IMG/VR virus record: IMGVR_UViG_3300043410_001892
Span: 183,145-247,144 of that record
Origin: a virus
Length of the DNA: 64,000 nt
Reading direction: 5' to 3' (one strand)
This document shows positions 34,965 to 46,100 of the stretch, in pieces. Positions within the stretch are counted from its first letter, which is position 1; every line of letters begins with the position of its first letter. A program made the position numbers and the translations under genes. Below the pieces are notes generated by a model. It did no database searches. It was given only the letters and a program-made list of their open reading frames with translations, and was not told where the DNA came from.

Positions 34965-34972
34965 AATGTATT

Positions 34973-35203
34973 TTAACTTACATTAATGAGTTTGTCAAGT
35001 CCTTTATTGCGAGATTCAACGGCTAAATCCCATTCTGCTTTTCTTCTTTGTCTTAATTCTTCAGTGTACACATCTAATATGTTTATTATCTGTGATTGTA
35101 CACTTGGGTTAGAAGTTAAGAAATACTTTTTATTTAAATCATTTATTTTTGATTCAATTTCATTTGTTTTGAGTTCAGCCAAGTTTGTTACTAATGGATG
35201 CAT
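34973..35203 (-). CDS. Hypothetical coiled-coil protein (76 aa)
   Basis: Small ORF in the late operon. Confidence 0.4.
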   Translation of the reverse strand: MHPLVTNLAELKTNEIESKINDLNKKYFLTSNPSVQSQIINILDVYTEELRQRRKAEWDLAVESRNKGLDKLINVS

Positions 35204-35211
35204 AAATTACC

Positions 35212-35811
35212 TTATGGTTTTACATATTTTCCAAGATATCGCATAAACACTGTAACCCCGTGATCATTTGACCAGGCTTCTAATACAACGTAAGATTCTT
35301 TACTTACATGCAATGTAGTTGGGAAACTAATGTCTTTAATTACGTACCCGTTATTTTGTGTTGTGAACACAGTAACATCAACACCTGCTGCAATAGTAGG
35401 AACAGTAGTTAAATGAACACGCACTGATGCATATTGTCCTGTAGCAGGCCAATTAACAAATGCTAATGTAGTATCAGAGTTAATAGTTAATGTTAATTGT
35501 TGTGATATTCCTGAATCTAAGTTTACAGTTGCAACGTTTGATGCAATTGATCCAGTGTAGCTTGTACCGTATAATTTGTTAAAATTTCCATTTACAATTG
35601 AACTACCATTGATATCATTTTCAACTGGGTCTTCGTTGCTATCTAATGTACTTTTTAATACTGCTCGATTTTCAAATAATTGAAGTTCGATTTTTGCTTG
35701 ATCTAAAGCTGTTTTGATTCTTAAGAAATTATCACGAAACCCTTGGCTATCGTTATCAACACCTGCGATTGGATAATTAGTAAGAATTGTGTTAGTTATA
35801 ATACTGCTCAT
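35212..35811 (-). CDS. Hypothetical protein, probably structural (199 aa)
   Basis: Co-transcribed with and overlapping the 790-aa structural gene. S/T/N/G-rich. Confidence 0.45.
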   Translation of the reverse strand: MSSIITNTILTNYPIAGVDNDSQGFRDNFLRIKTALDQAKIELQLFENRAVLKSTLDSNEDPVENDINGSSIVNGNFNKLYGTSYTGSIASNVATVNLDSGISQQLTLTINSDTTLAFVNWPATGQYASVRVHLTTVPTIAAGVDVTVFTTQNNGYVIKDISFPTTLHVSKESYVVLEAWSNDHGVTVFMRYLGKYVKP

Positions 35812-38180
35812 ATGTTGTTCCTGTTATTAGTGAATATAATGTATTTATCAGCATATTTGTTTGAAGATCGAATAATAATTCTATCTATCAAATAATCTAA
35901 TAAATTAAATTTAAAATTACTGTGTTTGATATTAAGTAAAACTTGATCTGCAGATCCAACTTTACAATAACACAATGGAACTGCTAAAGTATATCCAAGT
36001 TCTGTCCGTGTGTTTGGTTGAATTGATCTCATCCACAGGGGTAATAATTCATTGTCTGTCGTACTAATTAGACTTAAACTCTGTTGCCATCTTGTTACAC
36101 TACTTGGATAATACGTGTTGTTATTGACAATAGTATTTCGTGATAAATGATTTACTAATGAATCAATTGGATCGATCATGTGAATATAAATTACCTCATA
36201 TACTGCTGTATGTGTACCAGGTATCAATGCTACAGCTTTCTTTACTTCACCAAATCGAAATCTTTTATTTTTATAATTAGTCTGCATTTGATTAATATAA
36301 TCTGATACATCGGCTTCTTGTATACCTGCATAAATTAACATTGATAAATCTGTTTGCACACCAAATGCACGATCGTATGGACGATATATTAAATTTGGTT
36401 CAAAAATCGATTGGTTTGTAATAAAGCCATCCCACAATATTCTATCATTAAGATCCATAAATGGTTTAACTACTACATTATCAAAGTTTGAGTGTGTAGG
36501 TGTTTTTATAGTTATTGAGAAGGTACGTTCAGTTGCGCTGTAATAAAACTGATCACGTGCTTCAACTGTAAATTTAAATTGCCGATCAATTGTAGTTTCA
36601 CCGCCATCATATATTGTATCAGTGTCTAATCGATAATCAAATGTAGTCAATCCCTTACGACTAAATTGTTTATCAAATGTAGTAGTAGGTGATTGATCAA
36701 ATGTAGTAAGCCCGTCATCCATCGCCGGAATTGAAATTACTGTTGTGAATTTAGTAATACCGTTAATGTTAAAGGTAGTTTCTCCATTATCAAAACTAAT
36801 TAAAGTCGTCTTTACATCAAAATAGGTATCATCACTATCAAATCTTAAATTACTTGATAATAATGGAACTACTCCCATTATTTCACCGTCATATGACATA
36901 GTTAGCCCTGGCGGTAATGAACCAGCAACTACTGAATGAATTACTACAGCATCTTCAATTGTACTTGTTGCCTGTACACTAAACATCGATGGATAATCAG
37001 TTCGTATTTGTCCTAAATCGTTAGATCCAGCCCAAGTAATAACACTGTCTATTTCACCGATAAGTTTAACAGTAAAGGTTCTCGAAGAACTATTAGTTTC
37101 AGTTTTATTCTCATCTCCGTGGGTTGATGCTGTTACTGTAAATGAGTAGGTAGTTGTAATAGCAGGCTGGTATGGAACATAACCATATATTTCACCAGTG
37201 ATAACATCAAATGACAATCCAGTAGGTAATTTTGTAATATCATCAATTGAATAGTAAACTATACCAACGCTATAAACATCTAAAACTATAGTAACATAAT
37301 TATTAGCTCGATATGTTCCTAAGTCACTTGGAGTAATCCATACTGGAGCTTGTAGATATGTTACATCAGCTGTAAACAACCCAACATTTGAAATTAATTC
37401 GTCAGCATCTGCTCTAAAATAATCTTCGTTAACTACATATATTTCAAATTTACGTTTTGGAGTTAATATTCCATCTGTAACAGAAACAATAAATTCAAAT
37501 TTACGATTAATAGATTTAACTTTTCGTACAGCAAGATAATCGTACACTGCATAATCAAATGGAATAGTATCATAACCGTTTTGTTTTGGAGGAATAGCAA
37601 AGTCAAATGGGCCTACATCGTAATAACCGTTGTCATATGATCCAGATCCGCTTGCTGGTGTGATTGCAGTTACTTCGTTAACAACACCAACAATTCTACC
37701 ATCAGGTGTTAGTGTAAGACCTGATGGTAATTCTCCATCACCTCGATTAATGAAAAAAGATATTTCTTGTCCTGCAGATAAATCGTAATCAATTGCATTG
37801 AGTTGATAATTTACAACCGAATTATCAATTACAAATAATTGTTTTGCAGGACCAATATCAAGTAATCCAGCATTAGTTAGAATAATTGGAGCATCTGGCC
37901 CAACAACTGTTACTTCAAATGTTCTGTCAGCAATTAAATTATTGTATTTTGCACGAATACAAAAGTTATAGATTGTATCATCTGTTACTTCAACTGGTGC
38001 TCCGATTAGTCGATTTCCTTGTAATTTTAGGCCGCGAGGCAACGACCCAGTTATAATTGAATACGATACATTCAAATCGTCAGTTACTGGTAATTTTATA
38101 TCAACATCAATTCCCTCGGCGAGGGTTTCAAGGTTAATTTTATTTAAGGTGGAATTTTGTGTCCAAACATTAAGTGCCAT
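35808..38180 (-). CDS. Large structural protein with repeated putative Ig-like (LPxGL) domains (baseplate/fibre-associated)
   Basis: Repeated GSLPRGLKLQGNRLIG, GELPSGLTLTPDGRIVG and GSLPPGLTMSYDGEIMG segments of the LPxGL...G.i.G type seen in phage Ig-like domains. 790 aa. Late-promoter motif upstream. Confidence 0.55.
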   Translation of the reverse strand: MALNVWTQNSTLNKINLETLAEGIDVDIKLPVTDDLNVSYSIITGSLPRGLKLQGNRLIGAPVEVTDDTIYNFCIRAKYNNLIADRTFEVTVVGPDAPIILTNAGLLDIGPAKQLFVIDNSVVNYQLNAIDYDLSAGQEISFFINRGDGELPSGLTLTPDGRIVGVVNEVTAITPASGSGSYDNGYYDVGPFDFAIPPKQNGYDTIPFDYAVYDYLAVRKVKSINRKFEFIVSVTDGILTPKRKFEIYVVNEDYFRADADELISNVGLFTADVTYLQAPVWITPSDLGTYRANNYVTIVLDVYSVGIVYYSIDDITKLPTGLSFDVITGEIYGYVPYQPAITTTYSFTVTASTHGDENKTETNSSSRTFTVKLIGEIDSVITWAGSNDLGQIRTDYPSMFSVQATSTIEDAVVIHSVVAGSLPPGLTMSYDGEIMGVVPLLSSNLRFDSDDTYFDVKTTLISFDNGETTFNINGITKFTTVISIPAMDDGLTTFDQSPTTTFDKQFSRKGLTTFDYRLDTDTIYDGGETTIDRQFKFTVEARDQFYYSATERTFSITIKTPTHSNFDNVVVKPFMDLNDRILWDGFITNQSIFEPNLIYRPYDRAFGVQTDLSMLIYAGIQEADVSDYINQMQTNYKNKRFRFGEVKKAVALIPGTHTAVYEVIYIHMIDPIDSLVNHLSRNTIVNNNTYYPSSVTRWQQSLSLISTTDNELLPLWMRSIQPNTRTELGYTLAVPLCYCKVGSADQVLLNIKHSNFKFNLLDYLIDRIIIRSSNKYADKYIIFTNNRNNI

Positions 38181-38198
38181 ATTTGTTCTCGTTTTTAG

Positions 38199-38206
38199 TA
38201 TTTATC
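38199..38206 (-). promoter_or_regulatory. T4-late-like promoter motif GATAAATA
   Basis: Reverse strand reads GGATAAATActaaaaacgagaacaaat ATG, 18 nt upstream of the ATG at 38180. Confidence 0.45.
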
Positions 38207-38269
38207 CTTTAATTTACTTAATGCAGACTCCCATAATAACCGTACTAAATACAGTATCATATAGGAATA

Positions 38270-38596
38270 TTGATGACAAATAATAAAAATACACAACTTT
38301 CGGAGAAGATTTTACAATTAGAAAAAGTTTACGTACAAAGAAAGTGGTGGTTGTATGCTAGCTCTCTTGTCTACACTATACTAATAGTTGTAATTTTTAG
38401 TTGGGATTATTTAGTAAATAATGTGAGTAACAGATTATGGTGGGTTGGGATATCACTAGCGTTATTAGTTAGTATAAATTGGTGGTATTGGACTATGAGA
38501 TCATTAGCTTCATTAATTCAAAGCATCTATGTTGAATATGGAATTTTAGATGAATTGCGTGTTGAAATTGACGAAATAAAAAGAATAATAAAATGA
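38270..38596 (+). CDS. Small membrane protein (108 aa, 2-3 TMD)
   Basis: Hydrophobic helices LYASSLVYTILIVVIFSW and LWWVGISLALLVSINWWYW. Confidence 0.45.
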   Translation: MMTNNKNTQLSEKILQLEKVYVQRKWWLYASSLVYTILIVVIFSWDYLVNNVSNRLWWVGISLALLVSINWWYWTMRSLASLIQSIYVEYGILDELRVEIDEIKRIIK

Positions 38597-38814
38597 AAGT
38601 AAAAGAAATCACACAATTAGATGAAAAAGCAGTAAGTAAAGCCCAACAAAGATTTATGGGTATGGTTCATGCTGCTCATAAAAGTGGAAAAGCTGCCAGT
38701 CCTGAAGTTGCAAAAGTAGCCAAAGGAATGAGTAAAAAAGCTGCTAAAGATTTTGCCAGTACAAAACATAAAGGTTTGCCTAATAAAAAGACAAAAAAGA
38801 AAAAGAAAGATTGA
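38593..38814 (+). CDS. Small basic protein (73 aa)
   Basis: ATGA-coupled to the upstream gene. Lys-rich C-terminus (KKTKKKKKD). Confidence 0.45.
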   Translation: MKVKEITQLDEKAVSKAQQRFMGMVHAAHKSGKAASPEVAKVAKGMSKKAAKDFASTKHKGLPNKKTKKKKKD

Positions 38815-38839
38815 CTTATTGATTAAATGATCGTATAAT
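38811..38839 (+). promoter_or_regulatory. Sigma70-type promoter (TTGACT-17-TATAAT) for queD
   Basis: TTGACT tattgattaaatgatcg TATAAT, 27 nt upstream of the queD ATG, with an AAGAGA RBS. Confidence 0.6.
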
Positions 38840-38866
38840 ATGTTTTTTTAAATAAAGAGATATTAT

Positions 38867-39409
38867 ATGAAATGGCAAATAGATAAAGAGTTCCATTTTG
38901 AAATGGGGCATAGAGTATGGGCACAAAAATTAGAACATGCTGAGTTAAGTATTACAACTGATTGTGCGTGTAAACATTTACACGGGCATAGTTATGCAAT
39001 TAAAGTGTTTTTAGGATCTGATAGTTTAGATCAATCAGAAATGGTTACTGACTTTAAAAATTTAAACTTTATGAAACAATTTGTAGATGATGTATTAGAT
39101 CATAAGTTTATGATCGATGTTAATGATCCAAACTTCAAATTAATTACAGGTCAAGATTGGGAAAATAATCCAACAACAGATCATCCATTTGCAAACTTTA
39201 TAAACCTTGGTAGTTATAACTGGGTTGGTTTATCAGATGATGAAAAATTACATCTTAATAGTTTTGTATTAGTAGATTTTGTACCAACTAGTGAAAATAT
39301 TTGTAGATATTTGTTTGAATATGCACAATCACGTATTGGTGATTTAGCAAAAGTTACTGCAGTTGAGCTGTGGGAAACAAAGAAAAGTCATTGTAGATAT
39401 ACAGGATAA
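38867..39409 (+). CDS. queD: 6-carboxy-5,6,7,8-tetrahydropterin synthase (QueD/PTPS family)
   Basis: FHFEMGHRV...CACKHLHGHSY (the CxxxHGH zinc site) and DHKFMIDVND are QueD hallmarks. Confidence 0.8.
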   Translation: MKWQIDKEFHFEMGHRVWAQKLEHAELSITTDCACKHLHGHSYAIKVFLGSDSLDQSEMVTDFKNLNFMKQFVDDVLDHKFMIDVNDPNFKLITGQDWENNPTTDHPFANFINLGSYNWVGLSDDEKLHLNSFVLVDFVPTSENICRYLFEYAQSRIGDLAKVTAVELWETKKSHCRYTG

Positions 39410-39414
39410 AACAA

Positions 39415-39438
39415 AGGCAGCGTAAGCTGCCTTTTTTA
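39415..39438. terminator. Bidirectional intrinsic terminator between convergent queD and minus-strand gene
   Basis: aaaGGCAGCgtaaGCTGCCtttttt: 6-bp GC stem, tetraloop and T-run. Confidence 0.7.
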
Positions 39439-39442
39439 TTGA

Positions 39443-39808
39443 CTAAACAGTCTTATCTTTTTTAGGACGACCTTTTTTCTTTTCAACAGGTGGTACTAAT
39501 TTAACAATATTTGTTAATGCGTCAGCTTTTGTAGGTTCTTTAACTTCTACAACTTTAGCTACTTTTGGCTTAGCTGGTTTTTTAACAGGTTTAACTTCTG
39601 CAACAACAGGTGTTACTACATCAATTGGTTTAGTTGCAGATGGTTTAGCTTTAGTTTTTGGTTTAGTTGCTTTTGGTTTTGCAGCTGGAGTTAATTTAAC
39701 TTCTTTCACTACAATAGTTTCACCGATGTCAGCATGCACTAATATAGGTGCTGATGTATCTTCTTTTACTTCTGATTTTTTGAATAATTGTTTAATAAAT
39801 TCAAACAT
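39443..39808 (-). CDS. Lys/Pro/Ala-rich histone-H1-like protein with C-terminal AT-hook (KKGRPKK)
   Basis: KPKATKPKTKAKPSATKP repeats and a terminal GRP AT-hook motif. Confidence 0.5.
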   Translation of the reverse strand: MFEFIKQLFKKSEVKEDTSAPILVHADIGETIVVKEVKLTPAAKPKATKPKTKAKPSATKPIDVVTPVVAEVKPVKKPAKPKVAKVVEVKEPTKADALTNIVKLVPPVEKKKGRPKKDKTV

Positions 39809-39827
39809 AAACTCTCCTTTTAATTAT

Positions 39828-40115
39828 TTATAAATGCCCTAGTGTCTTAAGACTACTTACTGGCATATCCCATATCTTTCTTCGTTCTACTCCTTTTTCT
39901 TGAGCAAATCGTTTAGTGTCACAATTCTCACAAACATGATAAACTTCATTTGTTAGTCGTTGAGGTGACATTGACCCTTTTTCTCTTTTAAAAATTGTAC
40001 TGCATTTATCGCACCTTAAGACTACCATAGATTTTTTTCGAGAATAAACATGGTGTTTACCTAATTTGCTAGTACGATAATACTGTGTAAGTTCGTATTC
40101 AATAGATATAATCAT
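39828..40115 (-). CDS. Small zinc-finger protein (CxxC...CxxC)
   Basis: LRCDKCST ... CENCDT arrangement. 95 aa. Divergent from the giant structural gene. Confidence 0.45.
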   Translation of the reverse strand: MIISIEYELTQYYRTSKLGKHHVYSRKKSMVVLRCDKCSTIFKREKGSMSPQRLTNEVYHVCENCDTKRFAQEKGVERRKIWDMPVSSLKTLGHL

Positions 40116-40149
40116 ACTTATATTTACATTAAGATTATAAAAATCTTTT

Positions 40150-40157
40150 GATAAATA
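40150..40157 (+). promoter_or_regulatory. T4-late-like promoter motif GATAAATA upstream of the 12-kb structural gene
   Basis: tGATAAATAttgtaaaacaagcgttcacaaaggggtgtgacataat ATG, 37 nt upstream of the ATG. Confidence 0.4.
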
Positions 40158-40194
40158 TTGTAAAACAAGCGTTCACAAAGGGGTGTGACATAAT

Positions 40195-43100
40195 ATGGCA
40201 AAAAAAATAATTGAAATTGGTGTTCAAGGGAATGACGGTACTGGCGACAGTATACGTGAAGCGTTTAGTAAAGTTAATGATAACTTTAGTGAAATTTATG
40301 CAGTATTTAAGAGTGAGGGTAAAATTAATTTTAGTGATCTATCTGATGGATGTACTTACATCAGTGATCAGCTTATCACCGCAAGTCACGATGGAACTAC
40401 GTTAATTGCAAGAGATTTAGTACCAGGGAATGGTATATTCATATCTGCAACATCGTCGGCTATTACAATTGAAGCACAAGCAGCTTCATTATCAAATGAT
40501 TTAAAACCAGAGATATCAGCACCATTTAATGCTAATAAATTTGCAATTGGTCGTTTGTCGGATCCAAGCGAAGACCTTGTAGATCTTTTTAACTTAGTAT
40601 ACGATATACCAACTACATTAGATGAGTTACCAGTAACTGTGGGATATGCAAATAGACGATATGCACAGTTAACTGAATCAGGTGTTATTGGTGTTTTAGA
40701 AAATGGGGTTATAGTTCCAAGTCCTATACAAACAAGAGCAGAACCTACAACTCCTGATATTACAAACCCATTGTACGATCCAACATTAACTGGTAATTAC
40801 TTGTCAACTGAAGTATTACCACGTAAGGACGTAGTATACCGTGGTGGTGATAAGATGACCGGTGCGTTAATCTTAAATGATCACCCAGGAGCAATGGCTG
40901 GAACAGTTGGTGCAATGTTTGATTCTGATCTACAGGCAGCAACTGCATTTTATGTAGATAACAAAACATTCACAAGTAATGTTAATTTATATGTTTCTGC
41001 GGCATCAGGTGACGATTTGCAACTTAGAACACCTGCAGGGAAAGAAGGTAGATATTGGAATTATGCGTTTAAATCTATCGGTGCTGCATTGTTACATGCT
41101 GAGTCATTGATTAATTTAGCAAGTCAAGAACCTGGTCCTTACAAACAACGTATTTCTTATACACTTGGAGCAGATCAAACATTTTCAACAGTTCAACGTG
41201 TAAGATTAACCGGTGGTGAATCTACAACACCTGGCTATGTTGCTGCATTTAACTTATTACAAGCTAATCGGTCATTTATTCAATCAGAAACAATTTCATA
41301 TATTAATAAAAAGTATGTGAATAAATTTTCTTATAATAAAACACTATTTTCAAACAGAATAGAGTTTTTAATTAAAGCAGTATGTGATGATTTATTGTTA
41401 GGTGCTACTGATCCAGATACATCAGTACCTGGAACAAATTATAGATCAATTCGGTCTGCTGTAAAATATTTACATGATGATCCATATTTAGAGCAATCGA
41501 TTCAATGGTTATCTGCTATTGAGTTTATTAGAAATCAAATTATTGAGTTTACATACGATGGACCTGCATTGCAAGATTATACTACTCAGTTAGTTACTGC
41601 ATTATGCTATGATTTGATTTTTTCTTCAAACTATCAAAGTATTCAAGCTGGTATTGCATTTAAAAATGCCGGAACTAAAGTAAGTGCAGAACAATTAGGT
41701 TCAATGCTTACTATTAAACCTATTAACATTTTATCTGTAACAGTTAACGGTGGTGTTGTAACACTTAATTTCTTAACTCAATCATCGGCATTCTTATTAA
41801 ACAGTGAAATATTAATTGATGCAGTGTTTACAAACGTTGACGATGAAACAAATGAAATCATAATTAAACCGAGTGAAACTGTTAACAATGTTACTACTAT
41901 TACTTCTGTTACTATTGATTCTGCATCAACTGTTTCATCTGTTAGTTTTAGAAAAGGTGGATATCCATTTATTAACGATGGCACATACACTGTAACAGGG
42001 TCGTTTGATCGTAAGAACTTAATTAATCTGTTGTTATTAACACCAGGTATTACAACTTATCCAAGTTCTGCAGTTGATATTACTGCTAATGCTACAATAG
42101 TGCGTGATATAGTGTTAACTGGGACTATCCCAGAACCGGTTATGCCTACACCAAACAATCCACCAGCAGGGTATAATGTTCTTGGTCATGTTCATGCAAA
42201 ATCGTTGTTATTAGATAACATTTCATTTATTCAAGCTGAAGTAGTTGCTTATCTTAGTTCAGAATTCCCAGATGTATCATATAATCGAGAATTATGTTTG
42301 CGAGATGTGAAATATATCATTTGGAGTTTAGCATATGATTTAACATATGGCGGTAATAGTCAAAGTGTATATGCTGGTAAAAAATATTGGAATAATTCAA
42401 CCAACTTTATCATTGCATCTGAAAAAACCGCATGTGTAAGCGTAATTAACTATATCAATACATTGGCTCAAGCAGTCATTATAAACAGTGCGACTACTAC
42501 GACCTATCAACAATCAGTTAGACAGTACAGAAATGATACATTAACTAATGGTAATGTAGCATCAGCATCAATTGCAAGCAATGTTGCTACGATTGCAGCA
42601 ATTGTGACCAGTTTAAGTAATGTTCCTGCTATTATAAATCCAAGTGTTACAACTGGTTTAGCAGAAATGCAAACTATTTTTGATAGAATTACTGCAGATA
42701 TTGGAAATTACACAGATGACACAAAATCTACATCGACAATATGGTATTTAGATAGTTATTTCCCAGTAATTAAGACATTAACTGATAAAGATAAGATTAA
42801 TAACTTGTTTGATCAGATAATATCTATTGTATCCGGTGGTGTTTATCCGTCAGTAGTACCAGTTTATCCAATTGTAACTATTCCAACACCAGTTAACGTA
42901 AATGTTACTGATGCATGGATTGTTCAAGCTACCGGATTGCTTGATCAAACAGCAATTAATACCATTGCACAATCTACAAATTCTTATATTGCGTCAGTTT
43001 ATACAACAATTACCTATAATTCAACTACTTTACAAAATGATATTAAAGATTTGTTGTTTGCAGCAATTTACGATTTAAAATATGGTGGTACATTGGCTAG

Positions 43101-46100
43101 TTTTGATGTTGCAACTACATTTACATTGTTAGGATCTAATGTTAATACTCAAAAAACAATAGTTCAAGCTGCAATTGATCATGCATGGTCTCTTACAAAT
43201 ACTTTATTAGTTGGAAATATAACTGGAGATACTTCAAATCATACAGTTAACAAATTGCGTGAAAAATTCACATTTGCTTCTTCATATTTTAGCAATAATC
43301 CGCCAATACAAGGCGACGATATTACAGTATCATTATTCTCAACTACTACATATGACAATGCTACTAAATTAAGAACCTTAATTTTAAATAGTTTATCTAC
43401 TATTTCAAACGATACCTTAACTTACATTGATTCAGTGTTTAAAGGTGGGTTTACTTATGATGAATCTTTATGTTATAGAGATTTAGGTTTGATTATTGAT
43501 GCAATGTCAATTGATTTAATCACTGGTGGTACATATCAATCTATAAATGCAGGTAAAAGTTTTTATAAAAACTCAAGTGCAAGAGCAGTTTCAATTGGTA
43601 CACAATATACACAGTCATTTGATGGTATAATGTTTGCTCAATCAGTAGCATTGCAAGTATTAAATAAACAACTTAAGAATAGATACCAATTATTACCGCA
43701 AATTACACAATTTGCAACAACAAATCCATCTAATTTAACATATATTAGCACAGGCGAATTACCAACTGATAGTATCGGTGTTACAGGCGATCGTTCATTG
43801 CCAGTTTCTCAAAATGCAATTGACACATTTGTTGCAAACATGTTAAGATTAACTGATATTATACAGTACGGTATAAGCGTTGCAGCAACACCGTCGTTTG
43901 GTTCAGGTATTTGGAATTTATTAATTGACAATGGCGGGAGAGGCTATGTAGATCAAGGTTCTCCGTCAAATAACGACTTATTCCCAGCTAAAGTAATTGT
44001 AGGTGTTGGTACTTCATCTATTGCTGCATCCAATGCGTATGGAAGTATTGTTACATATACATACGGCAGTGATATTTCCGGTGCACCTTTAGTGTTAGGC
44101 GATGTTGATACACTTCAAGTACGGTTAACAAAGCCTGGATTCTTTAAATCTGCTTACACTTTAGTAGATCTTAACTGGTCTTTTGTTGGAACTACTGTTA
44201 CAGTTACTAAAGCTAACCATACAATTACACAAGGTACTCGTATAATTGTAAACTTTGCCCAATTCTTTGGGTCTGGATCTAATGCCCCAATTGGAACTTG
44301 GATTGTATCGGCAGTAACAACTAACACATTTTCATTTGTAACAAGTTTAGCACCAATTGGAACTAGTACATTAATGACTGTAACGGTTCAAGTAGGTGAA
44401 CAAATTGAATTTGGTGAAACTGTTCGTGATTTGCAACTAACAATGTTCATTGAAAGTGGCATTTATTACGAAGATTATCCATTGAGAGTGTCATCAAACA
44501 TATCTATTAAGGGTGACGAGTTCCGTAGAACTATAATTAGACCAAAAGATCGTATTAGTCAAAGCCCATGGCGTAAGATTTTCTTCTATCGTGATGCAAT
44601 TGTTGATGCTTTAGAGGTAGGTTTAATTGATTATACCGGAACTAACTATGCTCCGAGCGGAATTACAGCGTCTTTAGACGGTGTAACTAATAAAATTGTG
44701 GTAACATTGAGCGGTAATTTCCAAGCACCATTGAGTTGGGTTGGTAAAGTGTTTGCTGATACTAATACTACAAACGGAAATGCAAAACGCGGTAAAGCTG
44801 TAGTTGACTCTGTTAGTGGTAATACTATAAATTGTACAGTAATTTACCCATTTAGCGTAAGTGGATTATATGCTGCCGGTAGTTGGAAGCTATTTGGTAC
44901 TATAAATTACGGTCGTCACTACTTAACTAACCCATTAGATGTAACAAGTACGGCTAAAAACAACAAAGATATCGACGTTTTATTATGTAATGAAGGTACA
45001 CGTATTGTTGGTGTAACATTCCAAGGTCATGGCGGGTTTGCTATGGTACTTGATCCAGAAGGAAACATCAAAACTAAGTCACCGTATATTCAAGAATGCG
45101 CAAGTTTCACACAAAGTAACAATTATAAGAGATTTGCAGGTGGACAATACATTGACGGATTTGCAGGAAGACTATACGGTAACATCATAGGTGTTTCTAA
45201 TGACGGTATTACTGTAACTGTACAAGGTGAAACTAATAGTGGTTTAGATATTAGACCTCCACAACCACCATGTTCGTTCTATGTACGTGGAAAACGTTAT
45301 CAAATTGATGATATTGTAAGTTTTGATGCAACTACTGCAACTGTAGTATTAACATTGGATAAAACTACACCGTATTTACATACAACATCTGGTGTTTTAA
45401 CATACGACGATGTTAAAGCAAAACGTGATATCGGTTATGTTTTGGATGCAATTGCAAGCGATGCTGCATTAGGTACAACATATCGTTCAGTACATGCTGG
45501 TCGTTCTTTCTTAAAAATATATTCTAGTCGTTTAGTGGGAGATTTACAAGATCTTACTATTGCAGGTATTAATAAAGCATTAGAATTGTCAAATACAACA
45601 CTTAGCGGTAGTACATATTCAAGTATTAGAACTCAATATGCCACTAATATTGCTATTATTACTTCTATGATTTCAAATGGAGTTAATGCAACACCAACTA
45701 TTGTATGGTCTACTAGTTCAACAGCTGATGATAACTTAGCTCGTAATATTATTCAAAACAATAAAGCATTTATTAAGTCAGAAATTAGTGCATATATCGC
45801 ACAATACTTTACTTTAGGTGATTACCCAAGATACAATGTATTAACAAGTGAACGAGATGTTGGTTATGTACTTGACGCTATGACATATGACATGTTCTAT
45901 GGTGGTGATAGTCAAACAAAAGATAGTGCAGAAGCATTCTTTTACAATAATACATCGTATATACCTGATGAAAATGTAATTTGTTCAGCTGCGTATACCA
46001 GATTAAAAGCTGTATTAGCTGCTGTAGTTGCGGGATCACCAGTTGTTGTAAGTTCAGGTAACAGTGTTTCACAAATACTAACAAATCCGCCAGCATCATC

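Noticed and set aside
40116-40194. Search for a sigma70 promoter for the minus-strand zinc-finger gene at 39828-40115
   Set aside because: There is no TTGACA-17-TATAAT or late-box match on the minus strand in this spacer. Only the plus-strand GATAAATA was found.
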